Shown one piece after another: positions 26,189 to 34,721 of a stretch of 38,435 nt of DNA. This DNA comes from Abditibacteriales bacterium (GTDB lineage: Bacteria; Armatimonadota; Abditibacteriia; Abditibacteriales; JANWYM01), in assembly GCA_025055355.1 (NCBI GenBank), contig JANWYM010000001.1:1-38435 (forward strand), in the 5' to 3' direction. The number at the start of each line of letters is the position of its first letter. Positions within the stretch are counted from its first letter, which is position 1. The position numbers were made by a program, and so were the translations under genes. The notes under the pieces were generated by a model that saw only the letters and a list, made by a program, of their open reading frames with translations, was not told the origin of the DNA and searched no databases.

Positions 26189-26449
26189 ATGACCAAAACA
26201 CGTCACGCACGCAAAGAACGCGAGGGCATCGTTGTCAGCGACAAGATGGACAAAACCGTCGTCGTCGCCGTGCAGCGACTCACCCGCCATCCGCTCTACG
26301 GGCGCGTCATTCGCATCACGAGAAAGTTCAAAGCGCACGACGAGAAGAACGAGTGCCGCGTGGGCGACCGCGTCCGCATCGTGGAAACGCGCCCCCTGAG
26401 TAAAGAGAAACGCTGGCGCGTGGCAGAGATCCTGGAAAAAGTAAAATAA
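26189..26449 (+). CDS. rpsQ: 30S ribosomal protein S17
   Basis: [46 protein letters not shown]. The ORF opens at TTG 26183; ATG 26189 is preferred. Confidence 0.93.
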   Translation: MTKTRHARKEREGIVVSDKMDKTVVVAVQRLTRHPLYGRVIRITRKFKAHDEKNECRVGDRVRIVETRPLSKEKRWRVAEILEKVK

Positions 26450-26452
26450 TCT

Positions 26453-26542
26453 CTGACCACGTGGCTACTGACCACAGGACCGGCAACCCGCCAGGTCAGC
26501 GGTCAGGGTCAGTGGTCATGTCGTCAGGGGTCAGTGGTCACT
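26453..26542. repeat. intergenic tandem-unit element, TGACCAC/GTGGTCA and GGTCAG units
   Basis: ctgaccacgtggctactgaccac (26453-26475) opposes ggtcagcggtcagggtcagtggtcatgtcgtcaggggtcagtggtcact (26494-26542). It ends 1 nt before the EF-G2 ATG. Confidence 0.7.
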
Positions 26543-28621
26543 ATGAAAATCTACCCGTCCAAGTCGCTTAGAAACGTCGCCCTCATCGGGCACACGGGCG
26601 CGGGCAAGACGAGTCTGGCGGACGCCATGGTGTTCACGGCGGGCGGCACGAACCGTCTGGGGAAGGTAGCGGACGGCACCAGCCTGTTTGACACCGACCC
26701 CGAAGAGATTGCCCGCAAGAACAGCCTGACCTCCGCCGTCGCTTGCGCCGAGTGGCGTGACCATCGCATAACCATCATGGACACGCCCGGCTTGCCGGAT
26801 TTCTTCGGCGCGGTGTTTGGACCGGTTCACATTGCGGATGCCGTCATCGTCGTGGTATCGGCAGTGGACGGGGTCGAGGTGCAAACGGAGCGCGCTTGGG
26901 CGCTGGCGCGCGAGCGCCATCTGCCCGCGATCGTGTTCATCAACAAATTAGATGCCGAACGCGCCGAGTTCGACAAAGTGGTGCAGCAGGTGCGCGAGCG
27001 GTTGAACGTAACGCCTGCCGTTGTGCAGCGCCCGATCGGGCTGAGCGCAAACTTCCAGGGCGTTGTGGACGTGCTGCGCGGGAAAGCCTACACATGGGCG
27101 GCGGGGGCGACAGGCAAAGGACAAGAAGGCGCCATCCCCGCCGACCTGCAGGCGGAGGTGGACGCCGCCCGGGAGTCGCTGACCGAAGCGGCGGCGGAAG
27201 GCAACGATGAGTTGCTGGAAAAATATCTGGACAGCGGAGAACTGTCAGCGGACGAGGTGCGGCAGGGTCTGCGGCAAGCGATTGGGACGGGCAAGGTCGT
27301 GCCGGTGCTGGGCGGCGCCGCCGACAGAACGGCGGGTGTGGCGAACCTCCTCGATGCCATCATTGATTTCTTGCCCTCGCCGCTGGACATCCCACCCGTC
27401 CCAGCGAAAAAGGCGCGCTCAGGGGAAGAAATCACAGTTGCCCCCACCGAGGGGGGACCGTTAGCGGCGCAGGTGTTCAAAACGGTTGCCGACATTCACG
27501 TGGGGCGTTTGAGTTTCATCCGCGTGTTGGCGGGCGAACTGCGCTCCGACTCGACGGTGTTCAACAGCAGCGATGGACAGCGCGAGCGCATCGGCCAGTT
27601 GTTCATCCCGCAGGGCAAGGAGCGCACGCCCGTTGCCAGCGCGAGGGTGGGCGACATCGTGACGACGGCGAAGTTGGAACACACCAACACCGGACACACG
27701 TTGTGTGACGAAGCCAACGCGGTCGTCTTCCGAGCACCCCAGTTCCCCCCGCCGACGATGTGGCTGGCGATTCACGCCAAGTCGCGCGGCGACGAGGACA
27801 AACTCAGCCTCGGCTTGCGGCGGCTCATCGAAGAGGACCCTTCGCTGCAATGGTATCGCAACAACGATACAGGCGAGACCATCTTAGCGGGACTGGGCGA
27901 TCAGCATTTACAGATGGCTATCGAGCGGCTCAAGCGGCTGGGCGTTGAGGTCACCACCTCCATTCCCAAAGTGCCCTACCGCGAGACCATCCGCAAAAAA
28001 GCGACTTACGTTGAGGGGCGCCACAAGAAGCAAACCGGCGGGGCGGGACAGTTCGGCGTGGCGGTCATTGACGTGGAGCCCCTGCCGCGCGGGAGTGGGT
28101 TTGAGTTCATTGACGCCATCGTGGGCGGCGTCATTCCCAGCACCTTCATTCCGTCTGTGGAAAAGGGCGTGCGCGAGCGGCTGGAACAGGGCTTCCTCGC
28201 CGGGTATCCGATGGTGGATGTGCGGGTGACGTTGGTCGACGGCAAGACGCACCCGGTGGACTCCAACGCCATTTCCTTCCAGTTGGCGGGGCGGCTGGCG
28301 ATAGAGAACGCCGTGCCGCAGTGCTCTCCGTATTTGCTGGAACCGATTTACAACGTGGAAGTGACCGTGCCAGAGGAAAACATGGGCGACGTGCTGGGCG
28401 ACTTGAACGGCCGGCGCGGGCGACCGATGGGCATGGACACCATCGGCGGCTGGTCGGTCGTGAAGGCGCAAGTGCCGCTCGCTGAGATGCTCACCTATTC
28501 CGCGACCTTGCGCTCCCTGACGCGCGGGCGCGGCACGTTTACGATGGAACTGTCCCACTACGAAGAGGTCCCCGCGCACCTCGCGGGGAAAGTGATTGAG
28601 GAGGCGAAGAAGAAAGACTAA
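26543..28621 (+). CDS. EF-G paralogue (EF-G2-type translational GTPase) inserted between rpsQ and rplN
   Basis: NVALIGHTGAGKTS (G1), DTPG (G3), NKLD (G4). All five EF-G domains are present, with domain IV HKKQTGGAGQFG and KTHPVDSN. The N-terminal pattern is like Thermus EF-G-2 as I recall it. 692 aa. Confidence 0.85.
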   Translation: MKIYPSKSLRNVALIGHTGAGKTSLADAMVFTAGGTNRLGKVADGTSLFDTDPEEIARKNSLTSAVACAEWRDHRITIMDTPGLPDFFGAVFGPVHIADAVIVVVSAVDGVEVQTERAWALARERHLPAIVFINKLDAERAEFDKVVQQVRERLNVTPAVVQRPIGLSANFQGVVDVLRGKAYTWAAGATGKGQEGAIPADLQAEVDAARESLTEAAAEGNDELLEKYLDSGELSADEVRQGLRQAIGTGKVVPVLGGAADRTAGVANLLDAIIDFLPSPLDIPPVPAKKARSGEEITVAPTEGGPLAAQVFKTVADIHVGRLSFIRVLAGELRSDSTVFNSSDGQRERIGQLFIPQGKERTPVASARVGDIVTTAKLEHTNTGHTLCDEANAVVFRAPQFPPPTMWLAIHAKSRGDEDKLSLGLRRLIEEDPSLQWYRNNDTGETILAGLGDQHLQMAIERLKRLGVEVTTSIPKVPYRETIRKKATYVEGRHKKQTGGAGQFGVAVIDVEPLPRGSGFEFIDAIVGGVIPSTFIPSVEKGVRERLEQGFLAGYPMVDVRVTLVDGKTHPVDSNAISFQLAGRLAIENAVPQCSPYLLEPIYNVEVTVPEENMGDVLGDLNGRRGRPMGMDTIGGWSVVKAQVPLAEMLTYSATLRSLTRGRGTFTMELSHYEEVPAHLAGKVIEEAKKKD

Positions 28622-28625
28622 CGTC

Positions 28626-28666
28626 TTCGTGTGTTCAGTCGTTACCCGCATACCCGAACACGCGAA
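28626..28666. repeat. hairpin downstream of the EF-G paralogue
   Basis: ttcgtgtgttc (28626-28636) pairs with gaacacgcgaa (28656-28666), 11 bp including one G-U, with a 19-nt loop. No U tract. Confidence 0.55.
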
Positions 28667-28701
28667 TCCGTGAATACTTGACTTGTGGAGGTAGGTAGGC
28701 G

Positions 28702-29070
28702 ATGGTGGCTCCGCAGACGCGGTTGAAAGTGGCGGACAACTCGGGGGCGCGCGAATTGATGTGCATTCGCATCCTGAAAGGCTCGAATGCGAAGTTTGCC
28801 AACATCGGCGATGAGATTGTGGCGGCGGTCAAGGCGGCGATTCCCGGCGCGCCGGTGAAGAAGGGCGACACGGTGCGCGCCGTGATCGTGCGCACCAAAC
28901 AAGGGATTGCTCGCCCAGATGGTTCTTATATTCGGTTCGACGAAAACGCTGCCGTCATCATTGATGATGCCAAGAACCCCAAAGGCACGCGCGTTTTCGG
29001 ACCGGTGGCTCGCGAACTGCGCGATGCGCAATACATGAAGATTATCTCGCTGGCGCCGGAGGTTGTTTGA
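28702..29070 (+). CDS. rplN: 50S ribosomal protein L14
   Basis: [23 protein letters not shown], the GPV.REL region, [15 protein letters not shown] 28687-28691. Confidence 0.97.
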   Translation: MVAPQTRLKVADNSGARELMCIRILKGSNAKFANIGDEIVAAVKAAIPGAPVKKGDTVRAVIVRTKQGIARPDGSYIRFDENAAVIIDDAKNPKGTRVFGPVARELRDAQYMKIISLAPEVV

Positions 29071-29134
29071 GTGACCGGTGACCAGTAGCCAGTGACCAGT
29101 AGCCAGGGGGCTGATTACTGGTCACTGGTCACTG
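29071..29134. repeat. intergenic hairpin, GTGACCA family (twin of 23831-23901)
   Basis: gtgaccggtgaccagtagccagtgaccagtagccag (29071-29106) pairs with ctggtcactggtcactg (29118-29134). It starts immediately after the rplN TGA. Confidence 0.85.
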
Positions 29135-29142
29135 AGGTTGTT

Positions 29143-29502
29143 ATGCCAGGCTTACACATTAAACAGAACGATACCGTCATCGTCATCAGCGGCAACGAGG
29201 GTCCGCACGGCGGGCAGCCGGGCAAGCGCGGGCGAGTGCTGCGCGTGCTGCCGAAGAAGCAGCAGGTCGTGGTGGAGGGCGTCCGCATACGCACCAAGCA
29301 TATCCGTCGTCCGAAGGTGGCGCGCGCCTCGGCGATGCAGCAGGAGGGACGCATTCAGATGCCCGCACCGATCCATCGTTCTAACGTGATGCTGATCTGT
29401 CCGCGCTGTGACCGACCGACGCGGGTGCGGATGCGCGTGACCGAAAACCGCAAGCGCGTGCGGGCGTGCCGCAAGTGCGGACAGGAGAGAGACGAGAGTT
29501 AG
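29143..29502 (+). CDS. rplX: 50S ribosomal protein L24 (Zn-ribbon type C-terminus)
   Basis: HIKQNDTVIVISGNEG, KRGRVLRVLPKKQQVVVEGV, CPRCDRPTRV...CRKCG. Confidence 0.93.
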   Translation: MPGLHIKQNDTVIVISGNEGPHGGQPGKRGRVLRVLPKKQQVVVEGVRIRTKHIRRPKVARASAMQQEGRIQMPAPIHRSNVMLICPRCDRPTRVRMRVTENRKRVRACRKCGQERDES

Positions 29503-29515
29503 AAGGTGATAGGGG

Positions 29516-30112
29516 ATGGCAGAGAAAAAGCAAGCCACCGCTCCGCCTAACGGGGCGGTGCCTTTGTTGAAACAGCGTTATCAGGAGCAGGTTGTCCCGG
29601 CGTTAATCAAGCGGTTCGGCTATAAGAACGCGATGCAGGTGCCGCGCATTGTGAAGGTCGCGGTCAACATGGGGGTGGGCGATGCGAAGGAGGATGCCAA
29701 GCGGTTAGACGCAGCGGTCAACGAGCTCAGCCTCATCACCGGGCAGCGCCCCTCCATCCGCCGAGCGAAGAAGTCCATCGCCAACTTCCGCGTGCGGCAG
29801 GGCAACCCGATCGGTTGCGCCGTGACGCTGCGGGGCAACCGCATGTGGGACTTTCTGCTGCGGCTCATCGTCGCCGCGCTGCCGCGCATCCGCGACTTTC
29901 AGGGGCTGTCCCCCGACGCCTTCGACGGGCGGGGGAATTACACGATTGGCGTGCGCGAGCAATTGATTTTTCCCGAGATTAACTACGATAAGATTATTGC
30001 CTCCGGCGGGCGGGTGCGCGGCATGGACATCACCATCGTCACGTCCGCGCAGACGGACGAGGAAGCCCGCGCCTTGCTGACGGAGATAGGGTTTCCGATG
30101 CGGGAATCGTAG
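29516..30112 (+). CDS. rplE: 50S ribosomal protein L5
   Basis: [65 protein letters not shown]. Confidence 0.97.
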   Translation: MAEKKQATAPPNGAVPLLKQRYQEQVVPALIKRFGYKNAMQVPRIVKVAVNMGVGDAKEDAKRLDAAVNELSLITGQRPSIRRAKKSIANFRVRQGNPIGCAVTLRGNRMWDFLLRLIVAALPRIRDFQGLSPDAFDGRGNYTIGVREQLIFPEINYDKIIASGGRVRGMDITIVTSAQTDEEARALLTEIGFPMRES

Positions 30113-30191
30113 GGGACGGCAGGCAGCGAAGCGACGGCAGAGGGGGGAGAGGAACCCCTGTCGTTGTCCGTCGCTGTCCGTCGTGTTCCCC
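30112..30191. repeat. intergenic hairpin built from GACGGCA / TGTCCGTCG-like units
   Basis: ggggacggcaggcagcgaagcgacggcagagggg opposes cccctgtcgttgtccgtcgctgtccgtcgtgttcccc (30155-30191). Imperfect. Confidence 0.65.
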
Positions 30192-30207
30192 TGAGTGGAG
30201 GGATACC

Positions 30208-30393
30208 GTGGCAAAGAAGGCACTCATAGCCAAAGCGCAAAGACCACCCAAATTCGCGGTGCGCAAATACTACCGCTGCCAGCGGTGTGGACGTCCGCGC
30301 GGCTACATACGACGGTTCGGCATCTGCCGGATCTGCTTCCGCGAGTTAGCCTATCGCGGTGTGTTGCCCGGGGTGACGAAGTCCAGTTGGTAA
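30208..30393 (+). CDS. rpsN: 30S ribosomal protein S14, type Z (zinc-binding, 61 aa)
   Basis: [41 protein letters not shown]-terminal KSSW. GTG start 5 nt after GGAGGG. Confidence 0.93.
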   Translation: MAKKALIAKAQRPPKFAVRKYYRCQRCGRPRGYIRRFGICRICFRELAYRGVLPGVTKSSW

Positions 30394-30407
30394 GAACGTA
30401 TGAAGAT

Positions 30408-30461
30408 GGGCACGTCAGCACGTTCTGACATGCTAACGTGCTAACGTGCCAACGTGCCAAC
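30408..30461. repeat. intergenic hairpin, CAACGTG family (8-mers x3.6)
   Basis: gggcacgtcagcacgtt (30408-30424) pairs with aacgtgctaacgtgcc (30435-30450). Tandem ctaacgtg/ctaacgtg/ccaacgtg/ccaac at 30433-30461, ending 3 nt before the rpsH ATG. Confidence 0.75.
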
Positions 30462-30464
30462 ACC

Positions 30465-30860
30465 ATGCAGACCGACCCGATTGCTGATTTTTTGACGCGG
30501 ATTCGTAATGCGAACGCGGCGGGGCATGACGAGGTGCGCATCCCCTCGTCGAGACTCAAGGTGGAGATAGCAAAGATTCTCCAGTCCGAGGGCTACATCC
30601 GCGGCTACCAGTTGATTGACGATAAGAAGCAGGGCATCTTGCGCGTGCTGCTGAAGTATGGGGAAGGCCACGAGCGTGTCATCAACGGCTTGAGGCGGGT
30701 CAGCAAGCCCGGTCGCCGCATTTACGTCGGCAAGGATGACATTCCCCGCGTGCTGGGTGGGTTGGGCATCGCTATCCTGTCCACGCCGCGCGGCATCGTC
30801 ACCGACCGCCGCGCCCGACGGTTGGGCGTCGGCGGCGAGGTGCTCTGTGAGGTTTGGTGA
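30465..30860 (+). CDS. rpsH: 30S ribosomal protein S8
   Basis: [45 protein letters not shown]. No SD visible. Confidence 0.95.
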   Translation: MQTDPIADFLTRIRNANAAGHDEVRIPSSRLKVEIAKILQSEGYIRGYQLIDDKKQGILRVLLKYGEGHERVINGLRRVSKPGRRIYVGKDDIPRVLGGLGIAILSTPRGIVTDRRARRLGVGGEVLCEVW

Positions 30861-30870
30861 GCCGAACGGT

Positions 30871-30932
30871 AGGTTTTAGGTTCTGGGCGCTGCGTTTCAG
30901 GTTTTGTCCCCAGAACCCAGAACCTAAAACCT
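30871..30932. repeat. intergenic hairpin, 17-bp perfect stem AGGTTTTAGGTTCTGGG
   Basis: 30871-30887 pairs perfectly with cccagaacctaaaacct (30916-30932). An extra cccagaa unit at 30908 allows a slipped register. Confidence 0.85.
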
Positions 30933-30950
30933 GACGGAGAGTGGTTGGTT

Positions 30951-31532
30951 ATGTCCCGTGTGGGCAAGTTGCCGATTCCTGTGCCACCGGAAGTAACGGT
31001 GGACATTCAAGATCACCATATCACGGTCCGAGGACCGAAGGGAACACTGGAGCGAGACATTCATCCCGACATCACCGTGCGCAAGAACAACGGCGCGCTC
31101 GTCGTGGAGCGTCCGACCGATTCCGGGCGGCACAAGGCGCTGCACGGTCTGACGCGCGCGCTGGTGGCAAACATGGTCAAGGGTGTGACCGAGGGGTTTC
31201 AAAAAGGGCTGGAAGTGCGGGGCGTCGGCTACCGCGCAGAAGTGCGCGGGAATAAACTTGTCATGCAGGTGGGTTACTCGCATCCCGTGGAGTTGGAGAT
31301 TCCACCTGGACTCTCCGTCGAGGTGCAGACGTTCACGCCGACGCAGGAGAACAAGTTCCTCTCGGCGCGTCTGACCGTGCGCGGCGCGGACAAGCAGCGG
31401 TTAGGTGACTGGTGCGCCGAGGTGCGCCGCGCGCGCCCAGCGGACCCTTACAAGGGCAAGGGCATCCGCTACACGACGGAGGTGATTCACCTCAAACCCG
31501 GCAAGACAGCCAAGTCGGGAGAGCGGAAGTGA
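30951..31532 (+). CDS. rplF: 50S ribosomal protein L6
   Basis: MSRVGKLPIPVP..V.V, G.KG.L, GYSHPVE, KGKGIRY. Confidence 0.95.
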   Translation: MSRVGKLPIPVPPEVTVDIQDHHITVRGPKGTLERDIHPDITVRKNNGALVVERPTDSGRHKALHGLTRALVANMVKGVTEGFQKGLEVRGVGYRAEVRGNKLVMQVGYSHPVELEIPPGLSVEVQTFTPTQENKFLSARLTVRGADKQRLGDWCAEVRRARPADPYKGKGIRYTTEVIHLKPGKTAKSGERK

Positions 31533-31537
31533 GCTCA

Positions 31538-31585
31538 GAAGGTCACAATCAAAAGTGACAAGGCTGACAAACCGATTGTGACTTC
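31538..31585. repeat. intergenic hairpin, GTCACAAT family
   Basis: gaaggtcacaatc (31538-31550) pairs with gattgtgacttc (31574-31585). A second small stem gtgaag/cttcac lies at 31586-31610. Confidence 0.7.
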
Positions 31586-31658
31586 GTGAAGTTCATTCTT
31601 GCATCTTCACAGCGCCTACGGTAAACTTATTGGGGCTGTAGGGAACGGTGAACAGCAT

Positions 31659-32030
31659 ATGAAGGTCAAAACCAGACGTGACCGCCGCGTGCGGCGGCAT
31701 CTTCGTCTACGACGCAAAATCAAAGGGACGCCGGAGCGTCCGCGCCTGTGTGTATATCGGAGTTTGAAACACATGCACGCGCAGGTGATTGACGATACAG
31801 GGGGGCATACGCTGGCGGCGGCGTCGAGCATGGAAGAGATCGTCAAATCGCAATTGGAGGGTAGCAGCACGGGCAGCATCCCGGCGGCGGCGCTCGTGGG
31901 CAAACTCATCGCTGAGCGGGCGCGGGCAAAAGGCATCACGAAGGTCTGCTTCGACCGTAACGGCAACCTGTATCACGGGCGCGTCAAGGCGCTGGCTGAA
32001 GCCGCGCGCGCGGGGGGGCTGGAGTTTTAG
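31659..32030 (+). CDS. rplR: 50S ribosomal protein L18
   Basis: [60 protein letters not shown]. Confidence 0.95.
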   Translation: MKVKTRRDRRVRRHLRLRRKIKGTPERPRLCVYRSLKHMHAQVIDDTGGHTLAAASSMEEIVKSQLEGSSTGSIPAAALVGKLIAERARAKGITKVCFDRNGNLYHGRVKALAEAARAGGLEF

Positions 32031-32040
32031 AAGGGGGTTT

Positions 32041-32748
32041 ATGCCACGCATCAATCCTGAAGATTTACAGCTGCAAGCCGGCAAACTCGTGCAACTCAAG
32101 CCGGTGTCGAAGACCGTCAAGGGCGGGCGCAAGCGTCGCTTCAGCGCGCTGGTGGTCGTGGGCGACGGTAAGGGGCATGTCGGCGTGGGGCTGGGCAAAG
32201 CCGCGGGGGTGCCAGATGCCATCCGCAAGGCGGAACAGACAGCGCGGCGCAACCTCATTCATGTCCCGCTGGCGGGTGGCACCCTGCCCCATCCCGTCAT
32301 GGGACGGCTGGGAGCCTCGCGCGTCCTGCTCAAACCCGCCGCTCCCGGTACGGGCGTTATTGCGGGAACGGCGGTGCGCGCGGTGCTGGAAGCCGCAGGG
32401 GTGCGCGACGTGCTGACGAAGTGCCTCGGCTCAACCAATCCGATCAACGTCGTCTACGCCACGATGGTAGGACTGCGCCAGGTGCGCCGCGCCACCCACG
32501 TGGCGAAATTGCGGGGGCGTTCTCTTGATGACCTGCCGATCCACCCGAAGATTAAGGAAGGGATTTTGGAGTATGAGTCAAACCTTGCCACAGTTGAAAG
32601 TCAAACTCGTCCGCAGTCCCATAGGGTCGCCGCAAGACCAGAAGGCAACGGTGAGAGCGCTGGGGTTGAAGCGGCTGAACCAGACGGTGATACACTCGAG
32701 CCATCCGACTATCTTAGGGATGGTGAGGAAGGTGAAGCATCTGATTGA
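32041..32748 (+). CDS. rpsE: 30S ribosomal protein S5 with about 60-aa C-terminal extension read through rpmD in another frame
   Basis: [40 protein letters not shown] and [12 protein letters not shown] form a normal S5 core. There is no stop until TGA 32746-32748. 235 aa versus the usual about 165. Confidence 0.85.
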   Translation: MPRINPEDLQLQAGKLVQLKPVSKTVKGGRKRRFSALVVVGDGKGHVGVGLGKAAGVPDAIRKAEQTARRNLIHVPLAGGTLPHPVMGRLGASRVLLKPAAPGTGVIAGTAVRAVLEAAGVRDVLTKCLGSTNPINVVYATMVGLRQVRRATHVAKLRGRSLDDLPIHPKIKEGILEYESNLATVESQTRPQSHRVAARPEGNGESAGVEAAEPDGDTLEPSDYLRDGEEGEASD

Positions 32749-32785
32749 CGTGGAAGTGGTTGAGGAGTCGAGGGTTGAGAGTTGA
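32573..32785 (+). CDS. rpmD: 50S ribosomal protein L30
   Basis: [47 protein letters not shown]. The last codons (EESRVES) come from the GAGGGTT repeat. Confidence 0.9.
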   Translation: MSQTLPQLKVKLVRSPIGSPQDQKATVRALGLKRLNQTVIHSSHPTILGMVRKVKHLIDVEVVEESRVES

Positions 32786-32842
32786 GGGTTAGCACGTTGG
32801 CACCTTGGAGCGTTAATGTGCTACCGTGCTACCCCTTAACTC
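32770..32842. repeat. intergenic hairpin: GAG[GA]GTT heptamers x3 plus GGGTTAGCACGT motif
   Basis: Tandem gagggtt/gagagtt/gagggtt at 32770-32790. gagttgagggttagcacg (32780-32797) pairs with cgtgctaccccttaactc (32825-32842). Confidence 0.7.
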
Positions 32843-32852
32843 TTCCGTCCTT

Positions 32853-33311
32853 ATGCTGCGCATAGACAACTTGCGTCCTGCCGTTGGGGCGCGTCGGAAA
32901 AAGAAGCGCGTCGGACGCGGCATCGGTTCGGGGCACGGTAAAACCAGCACGCGCGGACAGAAGGGGCAAAGAGCGCGTGACGGCATCGCGCCCGGCTTTG
33001 AGGGGGGGCAGACACCGCTGCACCGCCGCCTGCCCAAGCAACGCGGGTTGGCTCGCAAAGCCATGCCGGTCAGGATGTTCAAGAAGACCTACGCGATCGT
33101 CAATGTGGAACAGTTGGAGAAGTTAGAGGCTCATACGATGGTTACCCCAGAGTTGTTGAAAGAACGGGGAGTGATTAAGCAGGTGCGCGACGGGGTGCGG
33201 GTGCTGGGCAAGGGGGAACTGACCAAGCCGCTGACGGTGCGCGCGCACCACTTTAGCGCCTCCGCCCTCCAAAAAATTGAGGCAGCAGGGGGCACCGCTG
33301 AGGTGATTTAG
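32853..33311 (+). CDS. rplO: 50S ribosomal protein L15
   Basis: L.NLRPA.GA....KRVGRG.GSG.GKT..RG.KGQ.AR.G, FEGGQ.PL.RRLPK. No SD visible. Confidence 0.95.
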   Translation: MLRIDNLRPAVGARRKKKRVGRGIGSGHGKTSTRGQKGQRARDGIAPGFEGGQTPLHRRLPKQRGLARKAMPVRMFKKTYAIVNVEQLEKLEAHTMVTPELLKERGVIKQVRDGVRVLGKGELTKPLTVRAHHFSASALQKIEAAGGTAEVI

Positions 33312-34646
33312 ATGGAGATGTTCAAATCGCTCCAAGCCGCCCTGAAGTTGCCCGACTTGCGCAACCGCATCCTCTTCGTGATGGGCATGTTGGCGGTGTA
33401 TGTGTTTGGGATCTGGATTCCGATTGACCGTGAACTGAGCAAAGCAGCGCAGTCGTTGGAGGGTGGCATCTTTGACATGATTGACATCTTCGGCGGCGGC
33501 TCGCTCAAGCGGTTCTCCATCTTTGCGTTGGGCATCATGCCCTACATCAGCGCCTCCATTGTGTTTCAGGTGTTGGCGATTGCGCTGCCCTCCATTCAGC
33601 GGTTGCAGAAAGAGGGGGAGTTCGGGCGGCGCAAGATATCCCAATACACACGCTGGCTGACGATGGGGCTGACCCTCGTTCAGGGGTTCATGGTCATCTA
33701 CGCCTTTAAGACGCAGGGGCTGATCCCCACCCTGTCGTTCTTTCACATTTTGAAAGCGGTCTTGACGCTGATGGCAGGGACGGCTTTTCTGATGTGGTTG
33801 GGCGAGCAGATCACGGAAAAGGGCATCGGCAACGGCATTTCCTTCATCATCTTTGCGGGCATCGTGGCGCGGCTGCCCAGCGAGTTGTGGCAGATTGTAG
33901 AGTTAGCGCGACAAGGGAGTGTGGCGTGGTTCAACGTCTTTGTCCTCTTCGCCTTTGCCATCGGCACGGTCGTCGCCATCGTCACGGTGACGCAGGGGGA
34001 GCGGCGCATTCCTGTGCGCTACGCCGACCGGGTGGCAGGGCGGCGGGTGATCCGTGGCGTGCGCACGCACCTGCCGCTGCGGATGGCGCAGGCGGGCGTC
34101 ATGCCCATCATCTTCGCGGTGACCGTGGTGATGCTGCCCGCGCAAATCCTGCAGTTCGTCCAACCCGTGATGCAGGGGCGCGAGATGTTGGGCATGGACC
34201 TGACGTTGATGGCTGCTAAGGTTGTCAACTTCTTCACGCCCGGGCAGAGCCACATTGCGGCACTGCTCTACGCCGCCCTGGTCATGGCGTTTACTTACTT
34301 TTACACGGCGGTTGTGATGGACGTGCGCGAATTAGCGGACAACCTCAAAAAGTCGGGCGGACAGATTCAGGGGTTTGCGCCGGGGCTGCCGACCGCGCAG
34401 TATATTGACCGCGTGCTGACGCGCATCACCTTCGCCGGGGGGCTGTTTTTAGCCCTGGTGGCTCTGTCGCAGTATTACGTGCCCGGCTGGGCGGGCTTTA
34501 GCGCAGTGCGCTTCAGTCTGATCGGGGGAACGTCGGTGCTCATTGTGGTCGGCGTGGCGTTGGAAACGATGAACCAGTTGGAACAACAGTTGAAGTTGCG
34601 GCAGTATGAGGGGTTCCACATCGGCGGGGGACGCAAAGCGGCATAG
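33312..34646 (+). CDS. secY: preprotein translocase subunit SecY
   Basis: 10-TM profile with LRNRILFV, IFALGIMPYISASI, WLGEQITEKGIGNGIS.IIFAGI. Starts right after the rplO TAG. Confidence 0.97.
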   Translation: MEMFKSLQAALKLPDLRNRILFVMGMLAVYVFGIWIPIDRELSKAAQSLEGGIFDMIDIFGGGSLKRFSIFALGIMPYISASIVFQVLAIALPSIQRLQKEGEFGRRKISQYTRWLTMGLTLVQGFMVIYAFKTQGLIPTLSFFHILKAVLTLMAGTAFLMWLGEQITEKGIGNGISFIIFAGIVARLPSELWQIVELARQGSVAWFNVFVLFAFAIGTVVAIVTVTQGERRIPVRYADRVAGRRVIRGVRTHLPLRMAQAGVMPIIFAVTVVMLPAQILQFVQPVMQGREMLGMDLTLMAAKVVNFFTPGQSHIAALLYAALVMAFTYFYTAVVMDVRELADNLKKSGGQIQGFAPGLPTAQYIDRVLTRITFAGGLFLALVALSQYYVPGWAGFSAVRFSLIGGTSVLIVVGVALETMNQLEQQLKLRQYEGFHIGGGRKAA

Positions 34647-34650
34647 AAAC

Positions 34651-34706
34651 GTATTCGGGGGTTCGGGTGGGTAAGCCGTCACCCGAACCCCCGAACAACC
34701 GAATAC
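34651..34706. repeat. intergenic hairpin, 16-bp perfect stem TTCGGGGGTTCGGGTG
   Basis: 34654-34669 pairs with cacccgaacccccgaa (34680-34695) around a 10-nt loop. The outer gtattcgg/ccgaatac extension gives alternative registers. Confidence 0.85.
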
Positions 34707-34721
34707 CCGGACACCCCTTCC

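Noticed and set aside
28676-28701. TTGACT as an internal spc-operon promoter upstream of rplN
   Set aside because: No acceptable -10 hexamer sits at 16-19 nt; that position falls on the RBS and start codon. This is insufficient evidence.
31789-32040. Upstream extension of the rpsE ORF (ORF track starts at 31789)
   Set aside because: This part overlaps rplR out of frame and is Arg-rich nonsense. S5 homology and an RBS-like AAGGGGG begin at ATG 32041.
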